Shown in pieces: positions 1 through 10,186 of a stretch of DNA of 28,850 nucleotides (position 1 is its first letter; the number at the start of each line of letters is the position of its first letter). Below the pieces are notes generated by a model. That model saw only the letters and a program-made list of their open reading frames with translations. It was not told the origin of the DNA and ran no database searches. Position numbers and translations under genes: made by a program. The DNA comes from a virus (lineage: Duplodnaviria > Caudoviricetes), in IMG/VR virus record IMGVR_UViG_3300032305_000626, positions 1-28,850 of that record. One strand, given 5' to 3'.

Positions 1-1
1 A

Positions 2-376
2 ATGGATTGGGCTCAAACTATGCAACGAATAAGCAGGGTAATCGGAAATATTCCGAGTTACTTGGATAGCACAGGCGTAGGAGATCCGATTGTTGAGCAG
101 TTACAAAGAACACACCCACGAGTACAAGGTTTTAAATTTACAAGTCAAAGCAAACAACAACTGATTGAGGGGTTAGTTATGGCAGTACAAAACAATGAGA
201 TTGCGTTTCCCGATGGGATAATTGCAGATGAGATGAAGAATTTTGAATTTGAATATACACGCACAGGCGTAAAGTACACCGCACCGCAAGGATTGCACGA
301 TGACGCTGTATGTTCGTTAGCGTTGGCGTGGGATTGTAAACAACATAATCGTAAAGGAATTTTTTATTTTGGATAA
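2..376 (+). CDS. terL: Terminase large subunit, C-terminal nuclease domain (5'-truncated by window edge)
   Basis: Motifs YLDSTGVGDPI, FKFTSQSKQQLI and GLHDDAVCSLALA are typical of the RNase H-like Terminase_6C domain; frame open from window start. Confidence 0.9.
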   Translation: MDWAQTMQRISRVIGNIPSYLDSTGVGDPIVEQLQRTHPRVQGFKFTSQSKQQLIEGLVMAVQNNEIAFPDGIIADEMKNFEFEYTRTGVKYTAPQGLHDDAVCSLALAWDCKQHNRKGIFYFG

Positions 377-917
377 TATGAATTGGAATAATATAACAAT
401 CGAAAAACTACAAGAGATAAGCGAATTAGATGACTCGTTTAACGCTATTGAAAAAACAGCGCACATAGTATCAATACTTAAAGGCATACCATACAACGAA
501 GTTGAGCAATGGACATTAGACGAACTGCGTAAAGTAGATATTAGTTTTCTAAACGAAATACCTAAAAGCAAATTAAAGTTCAGATTTAAACACAACGGCA
601 AAAGATACAAGTTAGTACGTACTGCAAAGGAAATGAAAGCACATCACTTTATTGAGTTGCAGGAGTTGATGAAAAAGGACACTATTGAGGTGCTACCCGA
701 AATTATTGGGTGCTTATCATACCGAGTTAATATTTTTGGGCGCAAAGTAAACGATGACTTTGAAGACAAAGTAAAGGAATTTAAAACACTTCCTGTAATT
801 GCCTTTTACAACTATGCGCTTTTTTTTTCGGCACTTTATCCGAAATTATTGGATGCTACCCGAATCTATTTGATGGAGAAGATGACGGAGGCAAGGGCGA
901 TGCTTTCGGATGGTTAG
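369..917 (+). CDS. Tail assembly chaperone (lambda gpG-like, non-shifted product)
   Basis: 182 aa ORF ending just after a T9 slippery run (820-828) that leads into an open -1 frame; G/GT-type architecture. Confidence 0.7.
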   Translation: MDNMNWNNITIEKLQEISELDDSFNAIEKTAHIVSILKGIPYNEVEQWTLDELRKVDISFLNEIPKSKLKFRFKHNGKRYKLVRTAKEMKAHHFIELQELMKKDTIEVLPEIIGCLSYRVNIFGRKVNDDFEDKVKEFKTLPVIAFYNYALFFSALYPKLLDATRIYLMEKMTEARAMLSDG

Positions 918-1105
918 CGTTAATCGACAAACTCGCAGGAGGTCGACGTGCTGAATGGGATATAATTCTAAATATGCCAATTAAGGAGTTTTTAAACACT
1001 TTGTCATACCACGTTACAATAAAGCGAGAACAACAAAAGCGATTAGAAAAGAGTGCTACATCGTTTGAAAGTAGTGTAATAGCAGTATTAAATGAGTTGA
1101 TTTAG
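369..1105 (+). CDS. Tail assembly chaperone -1 frameshift fusion (gpGT-like, about 245 aa)
   Basis: T TTT TTT at 821-827 in correct phase; -1 frame open 785-1105 with no ATG until 974, reading FGTLSEIIGCYPNLFDGEDDGGKGDAFGWLALIDKLAGG...NELI*; fills the otherwise empty 918-1105 gap. Confidence 0.75.
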
Positions 1106-1134
1106 GACACTTTACCCGAAACGCTATTTTATAG
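1106..1134 (+). promoter_or_regulatory. Candidate phage late promoter, copy 1
   Basis: GACA at 1106, CGCTATTT at 1122; same spacing as copies at 7171, 8095, 10187. Confidence 0.55.
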
Positions 1135-1135
1135 C

Positions 1136-2800
1136 ATGGGGATATTGACAGTAGTTGAGCAAGTTGCAACAACTTACAAACCAAGCCAAAACGATAACAT
1201 ATTTGTAGTTACTGCACCTACGGGAGTAACAAGTCAAAACAACGTTAAAATACTTGCAGACGTTAAAGATGGAAGCGGTAATTTACTCGCACGATTAAAA
1301 GCACCTATTTACTACGGCACAACAAACAAGGCGGTGTTTAACATTAGTCAAATACTTTGCGACTACGTTGGAACGGATTGGGATTTCAACGATACTGAAT
1401 CAAAGGATTGCCAAACTCAAAGGTTCGGTTATCAGGTTGCATTTGGTTACGAATATAGCACAGGCACGACATCGCCAATAGTTCCCGTGAGTGGAGATAC
1501 TACGATTTCAAGTAGAACGGTGTTTAATGCAGTATTAGATCCTTTTGAGTGGTTGGATTACGACCAAGCCGACTACTTAATGGCTTCGGGTTCAACTGCG
1601 AATTTTCTAACTAATAACTTTAACAAACGTATTCACATTGATCAAAAAGAATGGGTTTACGCTTTACACGGCAGTAGTATTTCACGTTTAGAAGTCATTT
1701 ACGGTGCTTTACAAGATAACTTAATTAGAAATTCTTTAAATAGTAATGCAGTTATTGGTACGCCTGGCACTTTACCTACGTTATGGTCGGGGACATATAA
1801 TGCAGGGTTATCAAGACAAATAGTAAGTCTAGGGGTAGAAAATAATTTACCCTATATGGACATTAGATTTTTTGGTACTGCAAACGATGTACTTTGCACT
1901 ATTATTCCCGATGCGAACATTCCAGCATCATTAGGGGATAGCATTAATTTAAGTGGTTATTTTAAATGGGTTAATGGTTCACGACCAACGCAGTTGAATT
2001 TTGACGAATTTAATGGCGCAGGGTATTTGAATACTCAATTTGAAAATATCACTATAACTTCAACACTCACAAAATTTACAAGTAATAAAACTATAACAAA
2101 CGGAAGCACTACTAATATAATGCCTTATTTAGTTATGGTATTGACAGTTGGGCAAACGTATGATTTTACAATTAGAGTTGCAGGATTTCAACTAAATAAA
2201 AATAATAATACTAATTTCATAGGTACATCGGTTGAACTTGCAAAGAGTGGGACAATTTGTCGTTTCCCTATCGGAGCGAATATTCCGAGCGGTATTCCAG
2301 TAGGTACTAAATCATACACTATCAGTCCAAAGAATAGCGGAGGCGTTGCCGTTGGTAGTCCTTACACGATTACTATTGATGACCGTTGCAGTAAGTACCC
2401 AAGCATTTATTTATTCTTTGTTAATCGTTTAGGGGCGGTGGAATCATTTAGATTTGATATGATACACACGAAGACGCATAATGTCGAGCGTAAAACCTAC
2501 CGAAAAAATCCGTATAGTTTAAATGTAAACACGTACAACTACTCTAAACAAGGGCATACGCTTTCTAATTACCTAAACGAAACACGTGAGCGTTTAGTGT
2601 TAAACTCAAACTTCATTACAGAAGAAGAAGCGGAATGGTTGCAGGAATTAGTTAGCAGTCCGAAAGTATGGATGTACGATGGGCAAATAAAAGGGGTGAC
2701 TATCGTGACAAATACATATGAAGAAAAGCAACACGTAAAAGACAAAGTGTTCAATTTAACATTAGAAGTTGAAGTGAGTTATTATGATGTAAGAAGATGA
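1136..2800 (+). CDS. Virion tail protein (possibly distal-tail type) with an internal carbohydrate-binding-like insertion
   Basis: 554 aa, beta-rich, between tail chaperone and large tail protein; FVNRLGAVESFRF and ELVSSPKVW resemble Bacteroidota phage tail proteins. Exact role inferred. Confidence 0.6.
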   Translation: MGILTVVEQVATTYKPSQNDNIFVVTAPTGVTSQNNVKILADVKDGSGNLLARLKAPIYYGTTNKAVFNISQILCDYVGTDWDFNDTESKDCQTQRFGYQVAFGYEYSTGTTSPIVPVSGDTTISSRTVFNAVLDPFEWLDYDQADYLMASGSTANFLTNNFNKRIHIDQKEWVYALHGSSISRLEVIYGALQDNLIRNSLNSNAVIGTPGTLPTLWSGTYNAGLSRQIVSLGVENNLPYMDIRFFGTANDVLCTIIPDANIPASLGDSINLSGYFKWVNGSRPTQLNFDEFNGAGYLNTQFENITITSTLTKFTSNKTITNGSTTNIMPYLVMVLTVGQTYDFTIRVAGFQLNKNNNTNFIGTSVELAKSGTICRFPIGANIPSGIPVGTKSYTISPKNSGGVAVGSPYTITIDDRCSKYPSIYLFFVNRLGAVESFRFDMIHTKTHNVERKTYRKNPYSLNVNTYNYSKQGHTLSNYLNETRERLVLNSNFITEEEAEWLQELVSSPKVWMYDGQIKGVTIVTNTYEEKQHVKDKVFNLTLEVEVSYYDVRR

Positions 2801-5478
2801 TTGAGATAATAGTAAATAATCAGGCATTAGAATTTGACGAAATAGACCTGCAAATAACTAAAAACATTGCAGATATACGTGAGCCACAACAAAGGCAAAG
2901 CGAATGGAGTAAAACAATAACTATTCCAGGTACACCAAATAACAACAAACTATTCAATCATATATTTGATGTAAACAAAAGTATCACGCAATTTCAGTAT
3001 AACCCGAATAAGAAAGCCAGTTGTTTACTTTTGGTGGATGGTGCGGTTCACCTGCAAGGGTTTATCAGGTTAACGGATATTGTTGCAAATGATGAACAGA
3101 TTTCGTATAACATCACGATTCACGGGCAGTTATCTGATTTATTCAATGACATCAAGAATTTAAAATTATCGGATTTAGATTTCAGCGAATACAACCACAC
3201 TTTAAATAGGGACAATGTTATTAATTCGTGGGACACTTCAATTATTGTAAATAGTAGCACGACACCTTTTGAATACGGCAAAGGGTATGTTTACTCACAG
3301 ATAGCACCAAAACGAGAAACGCAAAATTCAAATATCAGATTTTGGAGGGTGGACGATCATATTCCTTGCCTTTACGCTAAAACGATTGTAGATAAGATTT
3401 TTAGCAATGTAGGGTACACGTATACATCGGATTCTTTCTTTAATACAGACCGATTCAAACGCTTAATAATCCCATATACTAATTTAGGATTTCAAGCAGA
3501 CGAAACAACACAGAACACAAGGTTATTTCAAGCACAAGTATCGGGTGCAACTACTCTAAATGCTGGGAATATAATACCAACGTCAAACGATAGCACTGGG
3601 GGCAACTTTGACAATGGTGGTAACTTCAATAATAGCACTTACAAATATACTGCTCCTGCAAGTGGTAACTTTATGTTCTTTGTGGCGTTGAGTGGTTCGG
3701 TTACTATTACAGGTGCATCAAGTAATGAAATAGCAGACGCATTTTTTGGTGTGTATATAAATGGAGTTAAAACATCAATGATAATGTGTGAAACCTTATC
3801 CGTTGGTAATGTATTCACGTTTTTAACAACACAAGGTGTATCAGTTAACGTATTAAGTGGGGATGAAGTGGACATTAGATTTGAATATGTATTATACAAA
3901 GCAAATCCGTCACTTCCTATTGCAACTTATAATTCAATGCAAATAACGGGGGACACTTACATATTTAACAAGGTATCTGCAAATCAATACTTTTATAACA
4001 ATGTTGTAAACTTTGAAGCTTTCTTTTCGGGTAGCGAATACACTCAAAGCGAAATATTAAGCAACTTAGTTAAAATGTTTAATTTGTACGTTGAGGATAA
4101 CGGAAGTAAAGAGTTAAGATTTGTACCACGTGATCAATTTTACAACGGTGTTGGATTAGATTGGAGCGAGAAACTGGATTACGATCAACCACAAACGATT
4201 ATTCCGATGGGTGAACTACAAAGCAACCCGTATGTATTTACTTTCAAAGATGGCAAAGACACGACAAACACGGAGTACAAAGAAACGTATAACAGAACGT
4301 ACGGCGATAGGATTGTACGAATTGACAATGACTTCGTAAAGAGCGAAAAAAAGATAGAAGTTAGTTTCGTTCCAACGCCAATAAGACAATTACAAGACAA
4401 GATTTACAGCGTAATTGAAAGCAAAGATAGCACAGGCGAATTAAGAGTGTTGTATTTCGGTGGTGTGCAGTCAACAAGCGCATACAAGGTGTACGAAACA
4501 ACCACCACGAGCGTAACACCAATTACCGAGTACCCTTTGACATTGCATATAGATAGTATTTCAAATATGCAGTTTGATTTAAACTTCGGTGCGCCTTTGT
4601 CTATTGATGTTGAGTTGAATTTGGAATACAGCAATCAGAATTTAGTTAATCAGTACTATTATAAAATGATTAGCGAGATTGCAGATAAAGACTCTAAACT
4701 ATTTAGGGGATATTTCCGCATCACTAAAAAAGATTGGTTAACGCTTAAATTCAGCAATCAGTATTTCTTTGCTAATAACTATTGGAAACTACAAAGTATT
4801 TCAAATTATAATCCCGATGTAGATGGATTGTATGAGTGCGAATTTGCACTATCGAAGTATTATGAACCATCTTTAAGCGTTGTTAAATCAGTAGGCACAA
4901 ATTGGGCAGATACATACAACGGAGTAAATCCAAGTGGGCGCAAAACAAACAACCTTTCAAGTGATAATAGAGGGGTATATATTGGGGATAACTTAGGAGG
5001 TACTGGGGATAACATTGTAGTAGGGGATTTAAACAACATTAATGGAACACATAACACCGTTTTAGGAAGTGAGCGTGTATTTATCCCCGACAATTTCAGC
5101 AACACAACGGTAATAGGTAGTACAGATTACACGCCAAAAGTAGAGGGATTTCACGTTGGTGGCTATTTGATGTACCCTAACTGGTTGGCAAGTGGAAACA
5201 TTGTCAGTAAAACTGCAAACTACACGGCAACCAAAGAAGATTGGATGATTGTTTGCAATACAAGCGGTGGAAATATTACAATTACACTACCCGATGCGAC
5301 TACCAACAAAGGGAAAATGTTTGTGATTAAAAAGGTTAATTCAAACCATAGAGTAACAATCGGAACAGAGGGCGGATTAATTGACGGAAGCGCAACACAC
5401 ACACAAACAAGTAATCATTCGTGGGATCAAATAGTATCAGACGGAACTAATTATCATATAATTTCAGAAGGACACTAA
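2797..5478 (+). CDS. Large tail tip/hub protein with C-terminal receptor-binding-like domain
   Basis: 893 aa; N-terminal SKTITIPGTPNNNKLF tail motif; G/N-rich beta repeats and C-terminal SKTANYTAT...ITITLPDA...FVIKK fibre-tip-like domain; adjacent to tape measure. Confidence 0.7.
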   Translation: MIEIIVNNQALEFDEIDLQITKNIADIREPQQRQSEWSKTITIPGTPNNNKLFNHIFDVNKSITQFQYNPNKKASCLLLVDGAVHLQGFIRLTDIVANDEQISYNITIHGQLSDLFNDIKNLKLSDLDFSEYNHTLNRDNVINSWDTSIIVNSSTTPFEYGKGYVYSQIAPKRETQNSNIRFWRVDDHIPCLYAKTIVDKIFSNVGYTYTSDSFFNTDRFKRLIIPYTNLGFQADETTQNTRLFQAQVSGATTLNAGNIIPTSNDSTGGNFDNGGNFNNSTYKYTAPASGNFMFFVALSGSVTITGASSNEIADAFFGVYINGVKTSMIMCETLSVGNVFTFLTTQGVSVNVLSGDEVDIRFEYVLYKANPSLPIATYNSMQITGDTYIFNKVSANQYFYNNVVNFEAFFSGSEYTQSEILSNLVKMFNLYVEDNGSKELRFVPRDQFYNGVGLDWSEKLDYDQPQTIIPMGELQSNPYVFTFKDGKDTTNTEYKETYNRTYGDRIVRIDNDFVKSEKKIEVSFVPTPIRQLQDKIYSVIESKDSTGELRVLYFGGVQSTSAYKVYETTTTSVTPITEYPLTLHIDSISNMQFDLNFGAPLSIDVELNLEYSNQNLVNQYYYKMISEIADKDSKLFRGYFRITKKDWLTLKFSNQYFFANNYWKLQSISNYNPDVDGLYECEFALSKYYEPSLSVVKSVGTNWADTYNGVNPSGRKTNNLSSDNRGVYIGDNLGGTGDNIVVGDLNNINGTHNTVLGSERVFIPDNFSNTTVIGSTDYTPKVEGFHVGGYLMYPNWLASGNIVSKTANYTATKEDWMIVCNTSGGNITITLPDATTNKGKMFVIKKVNSNHRVTIGTEGGLIDGSATHTQTSNHSWDQIVSDGTNYHIISEGH

Positions 5479-5480
5479 AA

Positions 5481-7169
5481 ATGAGTATAAATACAGCAGT
5501 AAATATTGACGTTAATGTCGATGGAACACAGACGGTAAAACAGGCAGCAGTTGCTTATGAGGATTTAGGTGATGCGTTTGCCAAAACCCAACGACAAGCG
5601 GAAGAACTTGCGTTGCAGTATGGCGTTAACGATGAACGTACACAAGAAGCAATCAAGACGGCAGGACGTTATAAACAACAGTTAGAACAATTAGACCAAG
5701 CAATTGACGCAAATCGTGGAAGTTTTGAAACATTGTTTAGAGCAACCCAAGCCGTAACGGGTGGTTTACAAGTTGCAACGGGAGCAATGGCGTTATTCGG
5801 TTCTGAAAGCGAAGAACTAAATAAGATACTTGTTAAAGTGCAAGGCGCAATGGCATTTAGTCAAGGATTAAAAGACTTGAAAGAATTTGCCCCTGCTATT
5901 AAAGCCGTTAACGGACAATTCCTAAACATGATTAAAACGCTTAAAGGCGTTAAACTTGCATTGGCTGCAACGGGTATCGGTGCTATTGTTGCGGTTATTG
6001 GATTATTTGGGGAACAGATAGGACAGTTATTTGATAAACTTGCAGATAAGTTCAAAGGATTTACTGATAGTTTAGGATTAACTCAATTCGCATTAACTGA
6101 TTTAATTAACGCACAGAAAGAACTTGTAGCACAAGGAGAACGTGAACTTGCAGTACTTGAAGCGCAAGGCGTATCAGAAGAAGAAATTTACCGAAAGAAA
6201 GTTGAGAACGCAAATGCGGTTATTCGTTTACGTGAACTTGAATTACAAAAGTTAAAAGAGGGTGAAGACGGTTACAAAGAAGGGGTTGAAGCGTTAAAAG
6301 ATGCACAGAATCAAATCAAAGTTTTAGAAGCAACCGAAACGCAACGATTAAAAACGAATAGTGAGGAACAGTTAAAAGCGCAACAAGACTTCACTCAAAT
6401 GATGATGAATTTGAGATTGAAAGAAGTTCAAGAGCGTACAGATATTTTAAAACAAATTGAAGCGTTAGAAAAAGAGTACGCAATCAAATCAAACAATCAG
6501 TTATCCGCTCAATTTTCTGCACGTGCATTGGAACGCCAAAGAGCATTAGACGAAGAACAAAAGATTTTAGATGATGCCTACTTAAAGGAGTACATATCTA
6601 CTGAAAGATACGAAGCAGATACAAAAGCGTTAAGTGATAAATATAACGCTATTAAATTACAAGATGAACAAGCATACCAACAATCAAAAAGAGATATTCA
6701 AGAAAAGTGGGCAGTTGAATCATTACAAGCGTTATTAGACCTTAATAGTATATTTCAAGGGCAACGTGAACAACAAAGTAAAGAAGAATTTGAGCGTGAA
6801 AAGGCGGTTAACATTGCAAAGACATTAATTGAAACTTACTTTTCAGCACAAAAGGCGTATAATTCACAACTTGTTGCAGGAGATCCGACATCGGTAATAC
6901 GTGCAAGTATTGCAGCAGGATTTGCAGTAGTTAGCGGTTTAGCACGTGCCCAAGCGATTAGACGTGTTCAATACAATTCTCCAAACGTAACAAGTAGCGA
7001 AAATTCATTAGGGGGCAATGTATCAGTTCCAACAACATTAAGAGCATCCAGCGTAAACGTAGGCAACGAATTTGTAACTGCGGATAGGCGTGTATATGTG
7101 TTACAAGGGGATATTACCCGAACAATCAACAACGTCAACAACACACGAGCGGTTAGCGTAGTAGAATAA
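5481..7169 (+). CDS. Tail tape measure protein
   Basis: 562 aa, Ala/Gln/Glu-rich helical coiled coil, hydrophobic LAATGIGAIVAVIG segment, C-terminal RVYVLQGDIT motif. Confidence 0.85.
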   Translation: MSINTAVNIDVNVDGTQTVKQAAVAYEDLGDAFAKTQRQAEELALQYGVNDERTQEAIKTAGRYKQQLEQLDQAIDANRGSFETLFRATQAVTGGLQVATGAMALFGSESEELNKILVKVQGAMAFSQGLKDLKEFAPAIKAVNGQFLNMIKTLKGVKLALAATGIGAIVAVIGLFGEQIGQLFDKLADKFKGFTDSLGLTQFALTDLINAQKELVAQGERELAVLEAQGVSEEEIYRKKVENANAVIRLRELELQKLKEGEDGYKEGVEALKDAQNQIKVLEATETQRLKTNSEEQLKAQQDFTQMMMNLRLKEVQERTDILKQIEALEKEYAIKSNNQLSAQFSARALERQRALDEEQKILDDAYLKEYISTERYEADTKALSDKYNAIKLQDEQAYQQSKRDIQEKWAVESLQALLDLNSIFQGQREQQSKEEFEREKAVNIAKTLIETYFSAQKAYNSQLVAGDPTSVIRASIAAGFAVVSGLARAQAIRRVQYNSPNVTSSENSLGGNVSVPTTLRASSVNVGNEFVTADRRVYVLQGDITRTINNVNNTRAVSVVE

Positions 7170-7170
7170 A

Positions 7171-7200
7171 GCCAAAATACTAAAAACACTATTTATATAT
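7171..7200 (+). promoter_or_regulatory. Candidate phage late promoter, copy 2
   Basis: GCCAAAA at 7171, CACTATTTATATAT at 7187, directly abutting ATG 7201. Confidence 0.7.
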
Positions 7201-8094
7201 ATGCTACCTATTTACAAGTTAGTAATTAACGAAGAAGACGAAACGGGGGTGGAATTTGTTTCACTTGTTACAAATCCTGCAATCGAAAAGGACTTTTTAT
7301 ATTTCAACAGACACGAGTTTTTTAACGACTATCCGCAAAGTGCAAGTCAAAACGCACAACGTGGAATTAACCTAAATGCAAAAGTCAATAACGATTGCGC
7401 TACGTTGGTAGGGAAAAATCGTTCAAGGCAATTAGTAGCACGTGAAAACCTATCCATTGAAACAATAAAACGCACTTATTCTTATTTGAGTAGAGCAAAA
7501 GAATACTACAATCCAAACGACACAAAAGCGTGTGGAACTATTAGTTATTTATTATGGGGTGGTGATGAGATGTTGAGATGGACTGAAAGAAAGTTAGAAG
7601 AGTTGGAATTAAGCAAAGCACGAAAGAAGTTCAGCATCCAAGACGAAGAGAAAAGGATAATATCTGGACCTGCAATGATTGCTGATTTACCAATTTATCG
7701 CTATGACGAAGCACGTGGGGAATACTATGTGGTATTTGACAAAGAAACCATTTTTCAAATTGCAAAGAAGTGGGCAATGGGGGATAAATACGATAGTGTT
7801 AACATACACCACGACAAAGCAACAAATGGACTTTCATTGTTTGAATCATTCATCATTGATCGTGAGCGTGGAATAATGCCACCAAAAGGATATGAAGAAG
7901 TAGCGGATGGAAGTTGGTTTTTGTCATATATCGTTAATGACGAAACTATTTGGCAAAAGGTAAAAGACGGAGAGTTTAAAGGGTTTTCAGTAGAGGGGTA
8001 TTTTGACTTTGACGAATCGCAAGAAGATAAAATAGTAAACGCTTTGATGAGCAAGTTAAAAACCATTGCAGGGAAATGGAACGGAAAAAATTGA
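7201..8094 (+). CDS. XkdF-like putative prohead serine protease with inserted helical domain
   Basis: RIISGPAMIAD, VNIHH, GSWF and VKDGEFKGFSVEG match the XkdF-like phage protease pattern; sits upstream of scaffold and capsid. Confidence 0.75.
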   Translation: MLPIYKLVINEEDETGVEFVSLVTNPAIEKDFLYFNRHEFFNDYPQSASQNAQRGINLNAKVNNDCATLVGKNRSRQLVARENLSIETIKRTYSYLSRAKEYYNPNDTKACGTISYLLWGGDEMLRWTERKLEELELSKARKKFSIQDEEKRIISGPAMIADLPIYRYDEARGEYYVVFDKETIFQIAKKWAMGDKYDSVNIHHDKATNGLSLFESFIIDRERGIMPPKGYEEVADGSWFLSYIVNDETIWQKVKDGEFKGFSVEGYFDFDESQEDKIVNALMSKLKTIAGKWNGKN

Positions 8095-8124
8095 GCCAAA
8101 AAAACCAAATCACTAATTATATAT
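8095..8124 (+). promoter_or_regulatory. Candidate phage late promoter, copy 3
   Basis: GCCAAAA at 8095, CACTAATTATATAT at 8111, ATG at 8129. Confidence 0.7.
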
Positions 8125-8128
8125 AAAA

Positions 8129-8680
8129 ATGAACAGTAAAGAAGTAATTCAGGAAATACGCTCATTGTTGGGGTTTTCCGATGAAACTAAAACAGAAATG
8201 GCAACAGCCACATTGATTGACGGAACTATTGTTGAATGGGAAGGCGAACTTGCCGTTGGAACTGCAATCTTCGTTCAAACTGGCGAGGGGTTAATCCCAG
8301 CACCTGACGCAACTCACGAAGTTGAAGGTGGGATGCTTGTTACAACCGTTGATGGAATCGTTACCGAAATCGTTGAAACTGAAACAGAAGTAGAGGTAGA
8401 AGTAGAAGCATCTGAATTTGCATCACTTGAATCGTTCAACTCGTTAATGTCAGCATTTAATGACGCAGTTAGCCGTTTAGAAGCACTTGAAAAGAAATTA
8501 GTTGAAACAGAATCCAAGTTCAACTCAATGAAATCTGTATTTAGCAAAACAGTTGATTTGGTAGAAGCGGTTGCAAACCTACCATCAGAAGAGCCAACAA
8601 AAGCACCATCAAAAGAATTAAGTAAAAAAGAACAACAATTCGCAAACATCGTAAAATTAGCACAACAACTAAAAAAATAA
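8129..8680 (+). CDS. Putative capsid scaffolding protein
   Basis: Very acidic 183 aa protein with C-terminal coiled coil, between protease and capsid genes. Confidence 0.6.
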   Translation: MNSKEVIQEIRSLLGFSDETKTEMATATLIDGTIVEWEGELAVGTAIFVQTGEGLIPAPDATHEVEGGMLVTTVDGIVTEIVETETEVEVEVEASEFASLESFNSLMSAFNDAVSRLEALEKKLVETESKFNSMKSVFSKTVDLVEAVANLPSEEPTKAPSKELSKKEQQFANIVKLAQQLKK

Positions 8681-8685
8681 AAAAA

Positions 8686-9624
8686 ATGTCATTCGTAGTA
8701 TCATCATTAGCAAATTACACAGACGAGCAAAGAACCGATCTTTTGACTCGTTCACTTTTTGGAAGCAAAACAGCAGAAATGTTGTTTAACGCAGGTCAAG
8801 TACAAGTAGGGGTTAAGAGTGCATCTGCACTTAATATCTTGACTTCAACTGTATTTTTCCAAGCGGATGGATGTGGTTACAACCCAAGTGGTTTGACTAC
8901 TTACACACAGCGTAATATCACAGTAGGAGCGATTAAGGTTGAAGAAACTTTGTGTCCAAAAACTTTGGAAGCAAAATGGATGCAAACACAAATCGCACCA
9001 GGTTCAGCAGTTGAAGTTCCTTTTGAAGAGCAAATCGGGCGTGAGAAAGCATCACGCATTGCACGTTTGATTGAAATAGCAATGTGGCAAGGTGATACCG
9101 CTTCGACTAACACTAACCCTAATACTAACCGTTTCGATGGTTTTAATAAAATCATTGATGCTGCTTCTGCATCTACTATCGCAGGTAACACAATTTCAGC
9201 AACTGCAATCACTACTTCAAACATTGACGATATTTTAGACGCAATGTATGCGGTTATTCCATCAGACATAGCAACTGAATCTGATTTGGTGTGCTTCTGT
9301 GGTATCGATACTTACAAGAAGTATTTGGTTAACTTGAAAAATGCTAACTTGTTCCATTATATGGCAGATGCAACTGCTGAAATGGAAACAATCATTCCAG
9401 GTACTAATGTTAAGTTAGTTGCAGTAGGTGGATTGGATGGCACTAACCGCTTGTTCTTAGGTCGTTTGAACAACTTTTTTGCAGGTACTGACTTGGCAAA
9501 CGAAGAGGAAGAGTTTAAGTTTTGGTACTCACAAGATAACGACGAAGTACGTTACAGAGCATCAATGAAATACGGTGTTCAAATCGGTTTCCCTGATCAA
9601 TTAGTTCAATTTAAATTAGCATAA
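8686..9624 (+). CDS. Major capsid protein
   Basis: 312 aa, IAMWQGDT and RFDGFNKII motifs typical of HK97-fold capsids, position after scaffold. Confidence 0.85.
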   Translation: MSFVVSSLANYTDEQRTDLLTRSLFGSKTAEMLFNAGQVQVGVKSASALNILTSTVFFQADGCGYNPSGLTTYTQRNITVGAIKVEETLCPKTLEAKWMQTQIAPGSAVEVPFEEQIGREKASRIARLIEIAMWQGDTASTNTNPNTNRFDGFNKIIDAASASTIAGNTISATAITTSNIDDILDAMYAVIPSDIATESDLVCFCGIDTYKKYLVNLKNANLFHYMADATAEMETIIPGTNVKLVAVGGLDGTNRLFLGRLNNFFAGTDLANEEEEFKFWYSQDNDEVRYRASMKYGVQIGFPDQLVQFKLA

Positions 9625-9625
9625 T

Positions 9626-10129
9626 ATGTGTACTTTAACCGCAGGTTTCACCCTTGACTGTAAAGATGCAGTCGGGGGTGTAAAATCAATACACTTGATA
9701 AATTGGGCGAAGACTGGTTTTAGCATTGGCGGTGGCGAAGCAACTGCTACAACTGTTGCAAGTGGTAGCGTATATACTTACGAAATGCCAAAAGCAACGG
9801 GTAGTATGACAATCACTACTAATGTTTCGCAAGAAAACGGCACGGTGTTCAATCAAACGGACATTGTAGCGAGATTGCGTAAATTGTCAACTGCTAAACG
9901 CAACGAGTTAAAATTGTTATCACAAGGACGTGCATTTTGCATCGTGCGAGATAACAGTGATAACTATTGGTTGTGTGGACGTGAGTACGGTTGCGATATT
10001 ACTGCACTTACGGGCGAAACGGGAACTGCAATGGGGGATAACGTAGGATATAACTTCACATTGTCTGCTATTGAAGCGGAAGCACCCTACAAATTAACTG
10101 CATCAGTAGTAACTGCATTAGGTATATAG
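9626..10129 (+). CDS. Putative major tail tube protein
   Basis: 167 aa, CKDAVGGVKSIHL N-terminus and TGTAMGDNVGYNFTL C-terminus; co-transcribed with capsid and followed by a terminator. Confidence 0.65.
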   Translation: MCTLTAGFTLDCKDAVGGVKSIHLINWAKTGFSIGGGEATATTVASGSVYTYEMPKATGSMTITTNVSQENGTVFNQTDIVARLRKLSTAKRNELKLLSQGRAFCIVRDNSDNYWLCGREYGCDITALTGETGTAMGDNVGYNFTLSAIEAEAPYKLTASVVTALGI

Positions 10130-10152
10130 TTTCTTTGTTTTTCATGATTCGG

Positions 10153-10184
10153 AGGGGATAAGTTAATTCTTATCCCCTTTTTTT
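10153..10184 (+). terminator. Rho-independent terminator
   Basis: Perfect 10-bp stem AGGGGATAAG/CTTATCCCCT, loop TTAATT, followed by a T tract. Confidence 0.9.
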
Positions 10185-10186
10185 AT

